Source: Thermoplasmatota archaeon
GTDB lineage: Archaea > Thermoplasmatota > E2 > JACPAO01 > JAHFTW01
Assembly (NCBI GenBank): GCA_041601615.1
Contig: JBFIHX010000003.1
Location: 256,001-320,000, forward strand
Length of the DNA stretch: 64,000 nt
Direction of reading: 5' to 3'
Shown: piece after piece, positions 18,477-28,792 of the stretch
How positions within the stretch are numbered: position 1 is the stretch's first letter
How the letters are laid out: the number at the start of each line of letters is the position of its first letter
Notes under the pieces: model-generated
Seen by the model: only the letters and a program-made list of their open reading frames with translations
What the model was told of the DNA's origin: nothing
The model's database searches: none
Translations under genes and position numbers: made by a program

Positions 18477-20084
18477 ATGCGTCGATGGTGGCTTGTGCTC
18501 TTGTTTTTGCCGTTGACGGTTTCGGGGTCGTCCCCGCCGGTCCTGGAACGGGCCTGGATGGATGTGGCCGAAGTGGAGGCGGGATCCGATGCGCTGGTGC
18601 ATCTGGAGTGGGCAACGGAGTCGAATTTGCTAGAGATGAGCGTCCATTTTGACGACGCGCATGGCAACTCAGGAACGATCTCTTCGAATGATTGCACCCT
18701 AGAGCGACACTCTGTGTGTCGGATGCATGTGCCTGCGAGTTTGCCTCCTTCGACGTACACCCTTTGGTTTGCGCACGCTCGCGACGACGCGGGAAACGAG
18801 GTGCACATACAGTCGTATGAGGTGCCGTTTTTGCAGTTTGCATTGCTGTCGAACGTAACGGATCGGCAAGCGCCCACATTGCTGGAAGTTGTCTTGTCGC
18901 CCTCGGTGCTTGCCCCCGGCGAAGTCGGTTGGCTGGGGCTTCGTTTCGATGAGCCGGAGCCAGTCCGGTCGGCGTATGTGCAGGTGGAGGGCCCTGGGGC
19001 GCATGGAAACGTGGATGTGTTGTGTCGGCCGGCGGTTCCTTGGACGGTGTGCAAGGTTCGGGCGGAGTGGGGCATTCCGGGTGGTGCGTACAGAATTTCG
19101 AGCATCACGGGAGTGGACCAGGCGGCCAATGCGAGACATGTCGATGGTGCCGAATTGAAACGGCTGTTGGGCGGAAACGCCACGGTGTGGGTTGAATCAG
19201 CGGTGGAGGATACGACGCCGCCCACGTTCCAAAAGCTCAGCGTCCAGCCAAGCGGGCATGCGCAGGAATCGTTCCGGGTGGATGTGGAGGCGGAGGATGC
19301 GTCGGGTTTGCGCGATGTGGTGTTGTTCATGCTGGAGTACGGGGTAAACACGGGACGGTTCTATGGCAAAGACTGTGTGCGGTCGCCTGGCGGCGCGTCG
19401 TGTCTCTTTTTTGCTGACGACTTGAAGGCGGGAACGCAGGAGATTTCGGGGTTGGCAATCGTTGATTCTGCCCGAAACAAGGGTTATGTGTGGGCGCCCA
19501 ACGATGAAAGCTTGGAGCCTAAGTTTGGCTCGGGCAATCAATCGGTGTTTCACCTAGAGCCGGCTCGTTGGAGCGGTCCTGTTTGGGGCGTCCATGCCGA
19601 TCCGGCGGCCGTGGTGACGGGTGAGTCGATTCGAATATTCTTGGCCTCGGAGTCCGTTGTTCAGGCTGATTTGCAGTTCATGAATGGTACAACGGAGGTT
19701 CCTGTGGAAGTCTCATGTCAACTCGAGGAGCGCGCGGATTTGTGGCAGGAGTGTAGAGGCTGGCTGCCGCCGAGCACGCCGGATGGCCTCTATTTTTTGT
19801 TGCATGGATTGTACACGGATGCGGCCGGCGCGGTGACGAATGTGTCCTATCCGTACGATGGGGTGCCGGTGTTTTTGGTCGGGGAACCGCTGAGCAAATC
19901 CGGTTCTGGGGCGCCGTTTACGCATCCTCGGCCAGCGCAGTTCGATGAAGATCCGACGCAACCGAATCAAGATTTCCTCGTCGTAGAGCCAGTGGACGAG
20001 GAGCGCGCATCCCATGCTGGCTCCTTGCCGGTGCTGGTGGTTGCGGTGGCGCTGTGTTGTTGGGTGCTGCGGCGGCGTTGCTAG
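18477..20084 (+). CDS. Surface protein with repeated Ig-like domains and C-terminal TM anchor
   Basis: Signal peptide; repeated D..PP...Y.......D.AGN-like modules; hydrophobic tail ending LRRRC. Confidence 0.75.
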   Translation: MRRWWLVLLFLPLTVSGSSPPVLERAWMDVAEVEAGSDALVHLEWATESNLLEMSVHFDDAHGNSGTISSNDCTLERHSVCRMHVPASLPPSTYTLWFAHARDDAGNEVHIQSYEVPFLQFALLSNVTDRQAPTLLEVVLSPSVLAPGEVGWLGLRFDEPEPVRSAYVQVEGPGAHGNVDVLCRPAVPWTVCKVRAEWGIPGGAYRISSITGVDQAANARHVDGAELKRLLGGNATVWVESAVEDTTPPTFQKLSVQPSGHAQESFRVDVEAEDASGLRDVVLFMLEYGVNTGRFYGKDCVRSPGGASCLFFADDLKAGTQEISGLAIVDSARNKGYVWAPNDESLEPKFGSGNQSVFHLEPARWSGPVWGVHADPAAVVTGESIRIFLASESVVQADLQFMNGTTEVPVEVSCQLEERADLWQECRGWLPPSTPDGLYFLLHGLYTDAAGAVTNVSYPYDGVPVFLVGEPLSKSGSGAPFTHPRPAQFDEDPTQPNQDFLVVEPVDEERASHAGSLPVLVVAVALCCWVLRRRC

Positions 20085-21541
20085 GTTTCTCGCGGGCCGC
20101 TTGCATCCGGCATTGGTGCGGGTTCTGACGGGTCTGGATCTGCGGAATGGTCGAGGTGTCGCGGCAGCCATACGCTGAAGGTGCTGCCCTTGCCGGGTCC
20201 GTCGCTTTCGGCCCATACGCGGCCTTGGTGTTGTTCGAGGATGCCATGGCTGATGAACAAGCCGAGGCCGGTGCCGGGGGGTCCTTTGCCGTTGTGTACT
20301 TGGCTGAATGGCTGAAACAGGAGTTTGAGTTGGTCGCTGCTGAGGCCGGGGCCGTCGTCTTGGATGCGTACTTGGGCGCCGTCGAGGTCGCGGTGGGCCA
20401 ATACGCGGACGTTGCCGCCGTGCGGTGCAAATTTGATGGCGTTGCCGAGGAGGTTGTAGAGGACTTGGCTGATGCGGACGGGGTCTGCTTCGATGGGGAT
20501 GGGGCCTTGGATTGCCACGTCCAGTCGGAGGTTTTTCTCTCTAGCTTGTTCGGCAAAGGATTCGAGAGTGTCGTGGACGAGCTCTTCGAGGTCGGTGGGT
20601 TCTGGGCACAAGACAATGGTGCCGGTGCCGATGCGGGCGATGTCGAGGAGGTCTCCTACGAGTACGCCGAGGCGTTGCAGGTTGCGTTCGATGATGTCGA
20701 GGTGGCGCACTTGTTGGCGGCTGAGGCCTTTGTCGTCGGTGCCGCGAAGGAGGCTCATTTGGATGAGGATGGGTGTCAGGGGGGTTCGTAGTTCGTGGCT
20801 TGCGGCGCTCAGGAATGCTTGTTGGTCTCGGTGTTGTTGGGTGAGATCTGCCATTTGCAGTTCGTGTTGGAGGCGTAGGTCTCCGGCGGTTTGCTCAAGT
20901 TCGCGCACGCGGTGGCGTTGTTGGTCGAGGTCGGCGGCGGTGTGTTGGAATTTTTCCCATTCGTATTGGCGTGCGGCGGCGTAGGCGATGAACAGGACGG
21001 CGTTGACGCCGAGAAAGAGGTAGGGCACTTCGATGGTGGTTGTTCCAGCTTCGGGGAGAAACCGGGGGGCTGCGGCGGCGCCGACGGTGTTGAGGGCGGC
21101 AAGGCCTGTGGCTACGGGGAAGGGCAGGAACATGGCGCCCACCAGAAGAACGGCGGCAAGCAGAAGGACGATGCCGGAGAGGGCCACGAGTGCGGGTTGG
21201 AGGAATGCGACGACGAGGGCGGCAGTGGCGCTGATTGCGAGGCTGGCGCCGCAGCTGCTCCAGCTCCAGCCGTTGCGAGCGAGCAATAAGCTGAGCCAGA
21301 AGGCGAGAGGGAGGGCGACGAGGACGCCGGCGATGGTGGTCTGATCGCCTGCCAGGTATTCGGCAAATCGGAGGGGGACGACGAGGGCGGCGACGGCGCT
21401 GGTGCCCATGAGGGTCGCGTTGGCAAGAACCATGCTCCGGGCGCGGTCGTCGCCTTGCTTCGAGGGCCGTGGGTCGGCGGAGCGTCGGTGCTTGGCCGCC
21501 GTTCTCGTACTCGGGAGCGCTGCAGCCGTGTCCGTAGGCAC
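20081..21541 (-). CDS. Membrane sensor histidine kinase
   Basis: N-terminal TMs; SHELRTPLT H-box, NLLGNAIKF, DDGPG, LFQPF, GTGLGL, GKGSTF. Confidence 0.95.
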   Translation of the reverse strand: MPTDTAAALPSTRTAAKHRRSADPRPSKQGDDRARSMVLANATLMGTSAVAALVVPLRFAEYLAGDQTTIAGVLVALPLAFWLSLLLARNGWSWSSCGASLAISATAALVVAFLQPALVALSGIVLLLAAVLLVGAMFLPFPVATGLAALNTVGAAAAPRFLPEAGTTTIEVPYLFLGVNAVLFIAYAAARQYEWEKFQHTAADLDQQRHRVRELEQTAGDLRLQHELQMADLTQQHRDQQAFLSAASHELRTPLTPILIQMSLLRGTDDKGLSRQQVRHLDIIERNLQRLGVLVGDLLDIARIGTGTIVLCPEPTDLEELVHDTLESFAEQAREKNLRLDVAIQGPIPIEADPVRISQVLYNLLGNAIKFAPHGGNVRVLAHRDLDGAQVRIQDDGPGLSSDQLKLLFQPFSQVHNGKGPPGTGLGLFISHGILEQHQGRVWAESDGPGKGSTFSVWLPRHLDHSADPDPSEPAPMPDASGPRET

Positions 21542-21612
21542 GGTGGGGGATGGCAGTGGCTCATTGGTGAAGCCTTCGCTTTTGCAATGTGCAACTCTGT
21601 GCGTCGGTGGGG

Positions 21613-22041
21613 TTAGGGCGCTACGAAGGGGCAGGAGGCTTCGCGGCGTCCGCGCAAGTGGAAGAGGACGAGGCCTGCTGTGTGGATGGCCCAGACGGAA
21701 AACAGGCTGCCCCAGAAGAACATGGTGCCAAATTCGGTGCTGAGTCCTTTGCTGGCAAGAAACAGCAATGCGGCGACGGTGACGAGGCCGGCGATGCGGC
21801 CGAGGAAGCCTCGGGTGCTGGGTGCGATGTCGTTGCGAGTGACGCCCCAGGAGAAGACGACGAGGCCGAAGACGTGGACGATGATCAGGAACCAGAGGTA
21901 TACTTTGGCGCCGAGTACGTCTTGGTAGAGCAGGATGGGGATGAGGGCGAGGAAAGTGACCAGCAGGAGCGTGGTTTTCCAGAGAAACCGGGCGCGGTGC
22001 CGGAACTCGAAGCGGGGGCCTTCCGTTCCTGTGGTGTCCAC
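21613..22041 (-). CDS. Small 4-TM membrane protein
   Basis: Four hydrophobic segments, two His in TMs. Confidence 0.7.
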   Translation of the reverse strand: MDTTGTEGPRFEFRHRARFLWKTTLLLVTFLALIPILLYQDVLGAKVYLWFLIIVHVFGLVVFSWGVTRNDIAPSTRGFLGRIAGLVTVAALLFLASKGLSTEFGTMFFWGSLFSVWAIHTAGLVLFHLRGRREASCPFVAP

Positions 22042-22178
22042 GGCGTCGGGTGTCTGGCCGTGGGATTTAGTGCTTCGGGTGGAGGGGGTGGACGGGTCCG
22101 TGCTGGGGGTGTTTTGGGGGCGCGATTAGTGGGGTGGACCGGGCCGTGTTGTGGCCGGGGAGGGGCACTGATCGTGAG

Positions 22179-22205
22179 GGTGGTGGTGGTGGTGGTGGTG
22201 GTGGT
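22179..22205. repeat. (GGT)9 microsatellite
   Basis: Nine perfect GGT copies in intergenic DNA. Confidence 0.9.
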
Positions 22206-22214
22206 GCGGTGTGC

Positions 22215-22862
22215 CTAGGCTTCGTCGGTGGTCGCGGCCGGGAGGGTCGGACGGGTGCGGCGTGGTGCGCGATGTTTGGGCGGTGCGGGGTCGATGGTTC
22301 GAAGGAGGCGGCGGCCGTCTCGAAGCAGCTGGGAGCCGCGAAGTAGGGAGGCAAGGCCGACGGCGGCGACGGGTGCGGTGAGGATGGCGGCGAAGGCCAA
22401 TGGGTCACCCAGGGTGCCGAATACGCTGGAGCTTTGCAGGCTTAGAATGAGGGCGGGCGGGGCGACGAACATGCCGATCCAGAAGTAGAGGCGGCCTTGT
22501 TCGAGGATGGTGCAGGCGGCGTGTTGGTCGTCGGCGAGAGCCCGTAGGGTCACAATGCGGTCGGTGGAGAGGCCGTTGTGTTCCAATTCGAGGGCGCGCA
22601 GCTGGAGTCGTTCTTGCCAGGTGCGTTGCGACAGGGGGGCGACCCAGGTGCCGAGTGCTGCGAGGGCCGCCAGAAGCAAGAGAGTGGCGAGGGCAGAGAG
22701 GAGGCTGCCGATGGCGGCAAAGAGTGCCACGGTGTCGCCAAGCAGCGCCCATAGGGCAAATAGGAGTGCGGCGGCGATGGAGGCAAGGAGGCTCAGCGCG
22801 AGCATATTCAGTCCCTTTTGGCGGCTCCAGTCTAGCGTTTTTTGCCGCATGGGTTGGGTCAT
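22215..22862 (-). CDS. Membrane protein, unknown function
   Basis: Two pairs of TM segments; start at MTQPM inferred. Confidence 0.65.
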   Translation of the reverse strand: MTQPMRQKTLDWSRQKGLNMLALSLLASIAAALLFALWALLGDTVALFAAIGSLLSALATLLLLAALAALGTWVAPLSQRTWQERLQLRALELEHNGLSTDRIVTLRALADDQHAACTILEQGRLYFWIGMFVAPPALILSLQSSSVFGTLGDPLAFAAILTAPVAAVGLASLLRGSQLLRDGRRLLRTIDPAPPKHRAPRRTRPTLPAATTDEA

Positions 22863-23123
22863 GGGGGGAGGGTCTTGGTCGAGATGATGAAGTTTCTCGG
22901 CAGACCGATTGAACGTGCGTCGATCGGGCCACATTTTCGGTACGAGGTGCCCGAAGTTGTACATCATAAGGGTCGGATGCGGATTCTGCGGTCGCCAGCC
23001 CCGATGCGCCTCCTTTATCTGGGTGCTCAGGGATGATTGTTCGCACGAAAGGCTACGGTGCCGCGCCAACCGGCCGACACCGACTGTCTTTTATAGAAGC
23101 GCTAATACATTCGAGCTGCTGAC

Positions 23124-25337
23124 ATGCCGAAGACCGAAGCAACCTTGCGCGTCGTAGAAGCCCTACAGCAGGACGTCAGTTACGGGCGAGCACGCCTGGA
23201 CGGCCAGACACGGGTCGAACTCAACCTCAGTCCCGGTGACATCATCGAGATCCACGGCTCCAAACAAACGGCCGCTGTGGTCTGGAGAAGCCACCCTGGC
23301 GACGAGGGCAAGGGAATCATCCACATCGACAACCTCACCCGCAAGAACGCGGGCGTCAGCATCGGCGACAAGGTCACCATCAAGAAGGCGGAGGTCAAGG
23401 CTGCCAAGGCCGTCACCCTCGCGCCTGCCATCAGCCAGGATCAACAAATCCAATTCGGCGAAGGCATCGACGCACTCGCCAAGCGCGGCCTCCTGAAGCG
23501 CCCCGTCGTCCAGGGCGACATCGTGGTCGTTCCCAACATTGCGCTCTTTGGCAACGCACTCCCGTTCAGCATTGTCCAGACGAACCCCAAGGGCATCGTC
23601 TTGATCAACGAGGAAACGGTCATCAAAGTCAACGAGGAGGCAGCCGCACAAGCCGCCTCCGCCCCCAGCATCAGCTACGAGGACATCGGAGGTCTTCGCG
23701 ACGAACTTCAGAACGTCCGCGAAATGATCGAACTTCCCCTCAAGCACCCCGAGCTGTTCGATCGCCTCGGCATCGACCCGCCCAAAGGTGTCCTGCTGCA
23801 CGGCCCACCAGGCACGGGCAAAACCATGATCGCCAAGGCCGTCGCCAACGAAGCCGGCGCCCAGTTCTACACCATCAACGGCCCGGAGATCATGAGCAAG
23901 TTCTACGGCCAGTCCGAAGAAAACCTGCGCAAGACCTTCGAGGAAGCCGAAAAGTCCGCTCCCAGCATCGTCTTCATTGACGAAATGGACGCCATTGCCC
24001 CCAAGCGCGACGAAGTCCAGGGCGAAGTGGAACGCCGTGTCGTGAGCCAAATGCTCACCCTGATGGACGGCCTCAAGGGCCGCGGCAAAATCATCGTCAT
24101 CGGCGCCACCAACCGCCCCGATTCAGTGGACGAAGCCTTGCGCCGCCCCGGTCGCTTCGACCGCGAAATCGAAATCGGCGTTCCCGACAAGGAAGGCCGG
24201 CTCGAAATTCTGCTCATTCAGACCCGCAACATGCCGAAGGACGAGGACGTTGTTCTCGAAGAGCTTGCCAAGCTTACCTACGGCTTCGTCGGCGCGGATT
24301 TGATGGCTCTGGCTCGCGAGGCCGCCATGAAGGCACTGCGCCGCTACCTGCCGGAAATCGACTTGGACGAGCCCGTCCCGACCGAGATCCTTGAGCGCAT
24401 GTGTGTGACCATGGACGACTTCAAGGAAGCCTTGAAGATCGTGGACCCCAGCGCGCTTCGCGAATTCCTCGTGGAAGTGCCCAACACGACCTGGGAATCC
24501 GTCGGTGGTCTCGAAGACGTCAAGCAGCAACTCAAGGAAGCCGTCGAATGGCCCCTCGACGACCCCGAATCCTTCGAGCGCATGGGCATCCGGCCCCCGC
24601 GCGGCATCCTGTTGTACGGACCGCCCGGCACCGGCAAGACCCTGCTGGCCAAGGCAGTCGCCAACGAATCCGGCGCCAACTTCCTCTCCGTCAAAGGCCC
24701 CGAAGTTCTGTCCAAATGGGTTGGAGAATCCGAGAAGGCGATTCGTGAGATTTTCAAGAAGGCCAAGCAGAGCAGCCCCAGCATCATCTTCCTCGACGAA
24801 GTGGACGCCATCGCTCCCCGTCGCGGCGCCTACGAAGGCAGCCACGTCACCGAGAGTGTCGTCAATCAGCTCTTGACCAGTATGGACGGCATGGAATCCA
24901 TGGAAGGAGTCGTCGTCATCGGTGCCACCAACCGCCCGGACATCCTCGACAACGGTTTGCTTCGCGCCGGCCGCTTCGACCGTCTCATCAAGGTCACGGC
25001 GCCTGACGAGCCTGCTCGCATGGCGATTCTTCGCGTCCACGCCGAGAAAATGCCCCTTGCCAAGGATGTTGATCTTGCAGAGATTGGCAAACTCACCAAG
25101 GGCTATGTCGGCGCCGATCTGGAAGCACTGTGCCGTGAAGCTGCCATTGTGGCGCTGCGCGAGGACCGCAAGGCGCGCCAAGTCAGCAAGAACCACTTCG
25201 AGGAGGCCCTGCGAAGTGTTCGCAGCAGTGTCACCGAAGAGGTCGTCAAGTACTACGACCGGCTCGCCGAGCAACTTGGTCAAACAGCCGTAAAGAAGGT
25301 CGCAAGCGGTGGAGCTGGCGGCATGGAATTCCTCTAG
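23124..25337 (+). CDS. cdc48: CDC48/VCP-like AAA ATPase (VAT)
   Basis: Double-psi N-domain, two AAA modules GPPGTGKT, FIDE.D, ATNRPD, RPGRFDR. Confidence 0.97.
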   Translation: MPKTEATLRVVEALQQDVSYGRARLDGQTRVELNLSPGDIIEIHGSKQTAAVVWRSHPGDEGKGIIHIDNLTRKNAGVSIGDKVTIKKAEVKAAKAVTLAPAISQDQQIQFGEGIDALAKRGLLKRPVVQGDIVVVPNIALFGNALPFSIVQTNPKGIVLINEETVIKVNEEAAAQAASAPSISYEDIGGLRDELQNVREMIELPLKHPELFDRLGIDPPKGVLLHGPPGTGKTMIAKAVANEAGAQFYTINGPEIMSKFYGQSEENLRKTFEEAEKSAPSIVFIDEMDAIAPKRDEVQGEVERRVVSQMLTLMDGLKGRGKIIVIGATNRPDSVDEALRRPGRFDREIEIGVPDKEGRLEILLIQTRNMPKDEDVVLEELAKLTYGFVGADLMALAREAAMKALRRYLPEIDLDEPVPTEILERMCVTMDDFKEALKIVDPSALREFLVEVPNTTWESVGGLEDVKQQLKEAVEWPLDDPESFERMGIRPPRGILLYGPPGTGKTLLAKAVANESGANFLSVKGPEVLSKWVGESEKAIREIFKKAKQSSPSIIFLDEVDAIAPRRGAYEGSHVTESVVNQLLTSMDGMESMEGVVVIGATNRPDILDNGLLRAGRFDRLIKVTAPDEPARMAILRVHAEKMPLAKDVDLAEIGKLTKGYVGADLEALCREAAIVALREDRKARQVSKNHFEEALRSVRSSVTEEVVKYYDRLAEQLGQTAVKKVASGGAGGMEFL

Positions 25338-25668
25338 GCCGAATCGAGGAACCAAGCGAGCAACTGCCTGCAACAGGCGCCCGAGCCGAGGCGTGCGGCC
25401 CTGTTCCATCAGCGGTCAGCATGAGTGGTGCTTTGCGGCTGTGCCTACGGCTGGTGCCTTCCTGGAAATCGGATTTCAAAGAGGGCCAACCAAGCCCCGG
25501 CTGGGAGAATGGAGTCCAAAAATTCGGAATCCAAGGCCGCGTTGTGTGTCCAACTGGGGAATGATATGGGCACAACGGGGTTTAAGCCGCGATTGCATTG
25601 TGTCCTCGGTCAATAGACCCATTCTGGCAATTCGGTCTCGGCCGGTGCTGGAGTGACCACACCACCAA

Positions 25669-25698
25669 CCCCTCCTCCCTTCCATTAGGGAGGAGGGG
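25669..25698. terminator. Perfect 12-bp stem hairpin near end of convergent gene
   Basis: CCCCTCCTCCCT-TCCATT-AGGGAGGAGGGG, 13 nt past the stop of 25712..27031. Confidence 0.6.
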
Positions 25699-25711
25699 CC
25701 TCAATGCAATG

Positions 25712-27031
25712 CTACGCAAGGAGGGCTTTGGTGGTGAGGGCGAATTGGTTGCGCAGACCACCACTTTCCTCGGTCAATACGTTGTAGACCGTGGCCACGC
25801 GGCCGTCGGGCATGCGCTGGAGCGCAAAATAATCGAGGAATTCACGGCCACCCGTGCAGGTGGTGCCGCTGATGCAAATCGGTCCATCCTTGATGATGGC
25901 ACCGCCTGCTAGGTTGCCTCGGCTCCAGGTGCCGTTCCATATGTCGCTTGTCCAGGCAAGATTGACGGTCCAGTTGTGGGTGTTGTCGGGGAGGCCAGGT
26001 TGCTCGCTCTCGTAGTAGGCAATGGCGACTTTGCCGTCGGCGCCGGCGGCGATGGCGGGAAACACCTTGCTGTGGTTGTTGTCGGCCGCATCGACGCGAA
26101 TCTTGTCGGTCCAGGTGCGTCCGTCGTCGCGGCTGCCTGCGACAAAGATTTCGACCGTACCGTTGATGGCTTCGCCCCAGGTGAGGTAGACGTTTCCGGC
26201 GTCGTCGGCGGCTCCCATGACGAGACTGAGGCCGAGGCCAGCGCCGTCGAAGGCAGGCCCGACGCCTTCCTCCCAAAGCATCCCGTCACGGGTGACCGAA
26301 AAGGCAGGGTATTCGTCGGCGAGGTTGGTCTCGGCGGCGGCCTCGGCCACGGCGTCGGCAAGGCCGGGGCTGCGGGTGTAGGTCAGGAAGACGCTGCCGG
26401 TCGTGGGGTTCCAGAATCCGCCGCCGCCCCAGGAGCTGCCGTCGGTGACCAGCAAATGGCCGTCGGGGGTCTCGGCGGGGCCGGTGGGAAGCCACGTGAC
26501 ACCGCAGTCGGTGGTCTTCATCACCGTCTGGTAGAACGTGGGGACTTGGTGCCAGTAGAGGTATGCGGTGCAGTCCTTGGTCGGCACAACGTATTGGCGG
26601 TCGCCCACGGGGCCGTTGCAAACCACGGGGTTGTTGGTCCACGTGGCACCCCCGTCCTGGGACACGGACACCGCATTGCAAGCCAGTGCGTAGAGGCGGC
26701 TTTCCCACACGACGCCGTCTGCGTCCACTGCAAGGTCTGGGTCGTTGTTGGGAATCAACGGAAACGGATTGCCAAGGTTCTGCCATGTCGAGCCGTTGTC
26801 GTCGCTGCGGTAGACCTCGCTGAAGATGTTCGTAAACAACACGCCGTCAGGAGTCACGCCCATGCTGGACTCGCCGCCGCCCCGGGTCTCCGAGATGCGC
26901 GTGATGGTGGACAAAAACGGAGCCGCAAAGGGGTCTGGGGCTCCCGGATTGGCCACGGGGTCATCCGAACCGCCGTCGAGGCAGCCGGCGAGGGCGGGGA
27001 GGGTCAGGAGGATGGCCAGGAGGGGGCGCAT
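25712..27031 (-). CDS. Lipoprotein with BNR/Asp-box repeats (sialidase-like beta-propeller)
   Basis: LAGC lipobox; SDDNGSTW, SQDGGATW, TTDCGVTW, SRDDGRTW Asp-boxes. Confidence 0.85.
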   Translation of the reverse strand: MRPLLAILLTLPALAGCLDGGSDDPVANPGAPDPFAAPFLSTITRISETRGGGESSMGVTPDGVLFTNIFSEVYRSDDNGSTWQNLGNPFPLIPNNDPDLAVDADGVVWESRLYALACNAVSVSQDGGATWTNNPVVCNGPVGDRQYVVPTKDCTAYLYWHQVPTFYQTVMKTTDCGVTWLPTGPAETPDGHLLVTDGSSWGGGGFWNPTTGSVFLTYTRSPGLADAVAEAAAETNLADEYPAFSVTRDGMLWEEGVGPAFDGAGLGLSLVMGAADDAGNVYLTWGEAINGTVEIFVAGSRDDGRTWTDKIRVDAADNNHSKVFPAIAAGADGKVAIAYYESEQPGLPDNTHNWTVNLAWTSDIWNGTWSRGNLAGGAIIKDGPICISGTTCTGGREFLDYFALQRMPDGRVATVYNVLTEESGGLRNQFALTTKALLA

Positions 27032-27086
27032 GGGCCCCGTCGCGCGGTGGAGTGGGATAAGAGTTACCGACACTGGCTCGCGTCGG

Positions 27087-27854
27087 TTAGCCGCGGAGGC
27101 GTCGACTCGTCCCAAACCGCCACACCACCGCCACATACAACCCCACCACAAACAGCGCAAGCCCTGCCAGACTCGGCCCAACGGGAAGATCGTGCACCCC
27201 AAGCAGCCCGGCTCGCTGTGCATCGACGATGTACAGGATGGGGTTCCACTTGCTTGCTGCCGCGAGGTTGGAGGGCAGTTCGGAGACGGGGTAGAACACG
27301 CCGCCAAGGAAGGTCAACGGGGTCAATAGGAATGTCTGCGGCACGAAGACGTGGTCCCAGCGGCTCGCGGCAAGGCCCGTGAGGATTCCGAGCAACGCAA
27401 ACGCGAGGCAGCCGCCTACCAGAACCGCGATGGTCAGCGGCCAGTGGATGTTCCAGCCTTCGGCGACAGGAGCGGCGACGAGAATGGTCAAGACACCGAT
27501 GAGGACGCCTCGGAAGGCGCCGCTGGCGGCGTAGGCGAGTGCAATCTGCCAGTCGCGAAGCGGCGAGGTGAGCACGTCGTCGATGTAGCCGGCGCGCCGA
27601 GCATCGAAGAGGCTGCTGCCGGTGTTGCTGAAGGCGTTGGTGAGTGCGCCTTGGGCGACCAGGCCGGGAATCAGGAAGGTGAGGTAGGGAACATCGCCGA
27701 AGCTGCCGATGCGGCCGCCGAGTGCGTGGCCGAAGACGAACAAGAACAGAGCGGCGCTGACGACGGGGGGTACGATGGTTTGCACCCAGACGTTCATGAA
27801 GCGGGCAATCTCGCGGCGGGTGAGCATGTAGGTGCCGTAGAGTTCGCTGTTCAT
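27087..27854 (-). CDS. ABC-2 type transporter permease (YadH-like)
   Basis: REIARF..VW.QTIVPP, Y..FL.PGL, PLTFLGGVFYP, NPI.Y. Confidence 0.92.
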   Translation of the reverse strand: MNSELYGTYMLTRREIARFMNVWVQTIVPPVVSAALFLFVFGHALGGRIGSFGDVPYLTFLIPGLVAQGALTNAFSNTGSSLFDARRAGYIDDVLTSPLRDWQIALAYAASGAFRGVLIGVLTILVAAPVAEGWNIHWPLTIAVLVGGCLAFALLGILTGLAASRWDHVFVPQTFLLTPLTFLGGVFYPVSELPSNLAAASKWNPILYIVDAQRAGLLGVHDLPVGPSLAGLALFVVGLYVAVVWRFGTSRRLRG

Positions 27855-28792
27855 GGCGCGGCCTCCTTGCGTTTGGTGAGTTGCACGAAGACGTCTTCGA
27901 GGCGGCTCTGGCTCACTTCGAGGTCCACCACGTCCACCTGGTGCTCTTCGAGTCGGCGCAGCAGGCTTCGCATGGCTTTGGTGGGGTCCGTGGATTCCAG
28001 GACGTATCGGCCGCGGCCATCGACTGCGAATCCGTACACGGCGGGGTCCACTTGCGGGTGGAGGTTTTCGGGAGTGACGACGACGCGGCGCACGCCGTAT
28101 TTGGCGCGCAGATGGTCGGGGGCTCCGGATTCCACGACGCGTCCCTTGTCCATGACGGTGACGGTGCCGCAGAGCGCCTCGGCCTCTTCCAGGTAGTGCG
28201 TGGTGAGAAGGACGGTCATGCCTTCTTCCTCGTTGAGGCGGCGCACGTGTTCCCAGAGGTTGCGGCGCAGTTCCACGTCGACGCCGGCGGTGGGCTCGTC
28301 GAGCACCAGGAGCTTCGGGTCGTGCATCAGGGCTCGAGCCAGGAGCAGGCGTCGCTTCATGCCGCCGCTGAGGGTGCTGCTGCGCTTTTGCCGATAATCG
28401 TAGAGGTCGAAGAATTTCAGGAGGTGGCGCGCGCGGTCGATCGCCTTGGCATAGGGCATGCCGAAGTAGCCGGCGTGGTAGGCGAGGATCCGTTCGAGAC
28501 CCAAGAAGTCGTCAAAGTTCGGCTCTTGCGGGCAGACACCGATGAGGCGGCGGGCGGCGGCGGGGTCGGTCCAGCAGTTCTTGCCGAACACCTCGACGGT
28601 GCCGCTGGTGGGGCGCACGAGGCCGGTGATGGTGCCGATGGTGGTGGTCTTGCCTGCGCCGTTGGGCCCAAGGAGGCCAAAGAACGCGCCTTCGTCCACG
28701 GTGAGGTCGAGTCCGTCCACGGCGGGCTTGCCGTCGTAGGATTTGACGAGGTTCCGGATGCGGATGGCGGGCGCGTCGGTGGTGCTAGGCAC
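27851..28792 (-). CDS. ABC transporter ATP-binding protein (YadG-like)
   Basis: GPNGAGKTT, LSGGMKRR, LDEPTAGVD, TTHY. Confidence 0.95.
   Translation of the reverse strand: MPSTTDAPAIRIRNLVKSYDGKPAVDGLDLTVDEGAFFGLLGPNGAGKTTTIGTITGLVRPTSGTVEVFGKNCWTDPAAARRLIGVCPQEPNFDDFLGLERILAYHAGYFGMPYAKAIDRARHLLKFFDLYDYRQKRSSTLSGGMKRRLLLARALMHDPKLLVLDEPTAGVDVELRRNLWEHVRRLNEEEGMTVLLTTHYLEEAEALCGTVTVMDKGRVVESGAPDHLRAKYGVRRVVVTPENLHPQVDPAVYGFAVDGRGRYVLESTDPTKAMRSLLRRLEEHQVDVVDLEVSQSRLEDVFVQLTKRKEAAP

Noticed and set aside
20081-21541. Orphan histidine kinase as a novelty
   Set aside because: Unpaired kinases are common in euryarchaeal genomes; the regulator may lie elsewhere.
22179-22205. Poly-His or phase-variable coding tract
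   Set aside because: Lies beyond the stop of 22215..22862, reads as Thr in that frame, and a triplet unit cannot shift frame.
25338-25580. SRP RNA or RNase P RNA
   Set aside because: Could not find the conserved SRP helix-8 or RNase P GAGGAAAGUCC motifs on either strand.
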